DNA of 63,974 nt, counting the filler, from Octopus bimaculoides (lineage: Eukaryota), in NCBI RefSeq assembly GCF_001194135.2. It is 4 parts of 4 records of this genome, joined end to end, with 100 filler letters (N's around TTAATTAATTAA, not from the genome) between each part and the next. Parts side by side here need not be neighbours in the genome. Positions count along the whole stretch, not along the records: positions 62,801 to 63,974 come from NC_069006.1; 3 more parts are not named here. One strand, given 5' to 3'. A model generated the notes under the pieces. The model saw nothing but the letters and a program-made list of their open reading frames with translations, did not search any database and was not told the origin of the DNA. Position 1 is the stretch's first letter, and every line of letters starts with the position of its first letter. A program made the translations under genes and the position numbers. Below, piece by piece: positions 62,870 through 63,974 of the stretch.

Positions 62870-63459
62870 ATCTTATTTATGACGAATATTATTTTCGAAA
62901 TTCTTTTGTAAGCACCGACTAACATTGGAAGCGGTAATGGCCATTAAAAATGTTATGTCATGTTTTGTGTTAAAAAATAATCTTCAGATGTGGTCCAATT
63001 TGTTTGTTCATTGCTCAAAAGTTTTCTCCATTTTCTCATTATTTAAACTTGATTCCTGATAAACTTTTGTTTATTCTGTTGTTACCTGTATCCTACAAGC
63101 ACGTTTTGGTGTTAGGTGCATATTTGGTGTTATCGTTGATGGAGTTTCTTCAGGGTCCATTATATACTGTCATTCCATGTTAAGCTGAATTCATAATTTA
63201 TATATATATATATATAGTGGTTCCCCAGCAAGACCACAGCTTTTGAGCTGAAACTGGTTAAAGAGTTAACACAATGACTTTGAAATTTCATATCCGTTAG
63301 ACACAAAATTTATTAAATATGTGACCTTTACATATCTGTTTCCTTGAATTTCCTTAATAATAATTAAAAATTTTATAAATCTTGCTTTGAATACTGACAA
63401 TAGTTGTGACCACAAGAGGGACCACATGTGTTTGATTTCGTTGTCAAATGAAATCTTAC

Positions 63460-63553
63460 CTTTCAGAACTTTACAAGTATATTTCTCTGCATTTGTCCTA
63501 TGTATGTTAACACAACCATATTCTTCTCCGGTGAGCATCTTTGTCATGACAAT
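63460..63553 (-). CDS. Candidate 94-nt internal exon of an unidentified host gene
   Basis: Acceptor TTTTTAAAAATCATTTTTCAG|A, donor AAAG|GTAAGA, one open frame IVMTKMLTGEEYGCVNIHRTNAEKYTCKVLK; no homolog recognised. Confidence 0.3.
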
Positions 63554-63974
63554 CTGAAAAATGATTTTTAAAAATGGCTTTTAAGTTAATTAGTTTTATG
63601 ACATGTTTAAATTAATACAAACAGCAACGTTGATTGATGAGGGTGGTCAGGTGGCATTATGCCAAGGCTAAAGTATGATAGAGGGACAAGCATAGGTGTC
63701 TTGTTACAAACGGGGATACATGGCTATCACACATTATATTGGTGTGGTTGGAAGGGGCTAAAGGTGAGAGTGGTGCTGTGCCAGGGCAAATTCTTAGTGG
63801 ACATGAAGGGGAGGATACAGACTGTGGGTTATGGAAGGATAGGAGGGAGTGGGGTCTTGTGTAAGAGGGGAGAATAACATGATGGTCAGAGAGGGGTCTT
63901 TCTCTGTCCCTTCATCTTTCTCTCTTTCTCTCTCTCTCTCTCTCTGTACATATATATATATATATATATATATA

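Overview
Eukaryotic, AT-rich, repeat-dominated draft-assembly DNA, most likely cephalopod (octopus-like), inferred from the very high density of (CA)n/(TA)n/(TACA)n/(TATC)n microsatellites and the recurring tRNA-derived SINE families. No host protein-coding gene can be identified; most listed ORFs are microsatellite or N-gap artefacts. The recognisable coding content is all transposon-derived: three R4/Dong-type non-LTR fragments, three RTE fragments, a tandemly repeated Penelope GIY-YIG fragment, Tc1/mariner remnants, and a Gypsy integrase GPY/F fragment inside a Helentron-type HINE. About 30 SINE copies from at least 4 families are present. The most interesting signals are: (1) several hammerhead-ribozyme motifs in Penelope-like terminal repeats, one folding as a near-complete type I hammerhead (23954-24014) inside an inverted-repeat unit, and one lying just downstream of a tRNA-like head; (2) the HINE carrying a Gypsy integrase fragment; (3) an old direct duplication of non-coding DNA (about 31.5-36.5 kb vs 41-42.9 kb); (4) a perfect 120-bp inverted repeat around a Penelope-like terminal repeat. 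Three 44N-TTAATTAATTAA-44N linkers and several 10-N overlap gaps are assembly artefacts. Family assignments come from motif recognition by eye, not database searches, and boundaries are approximate.
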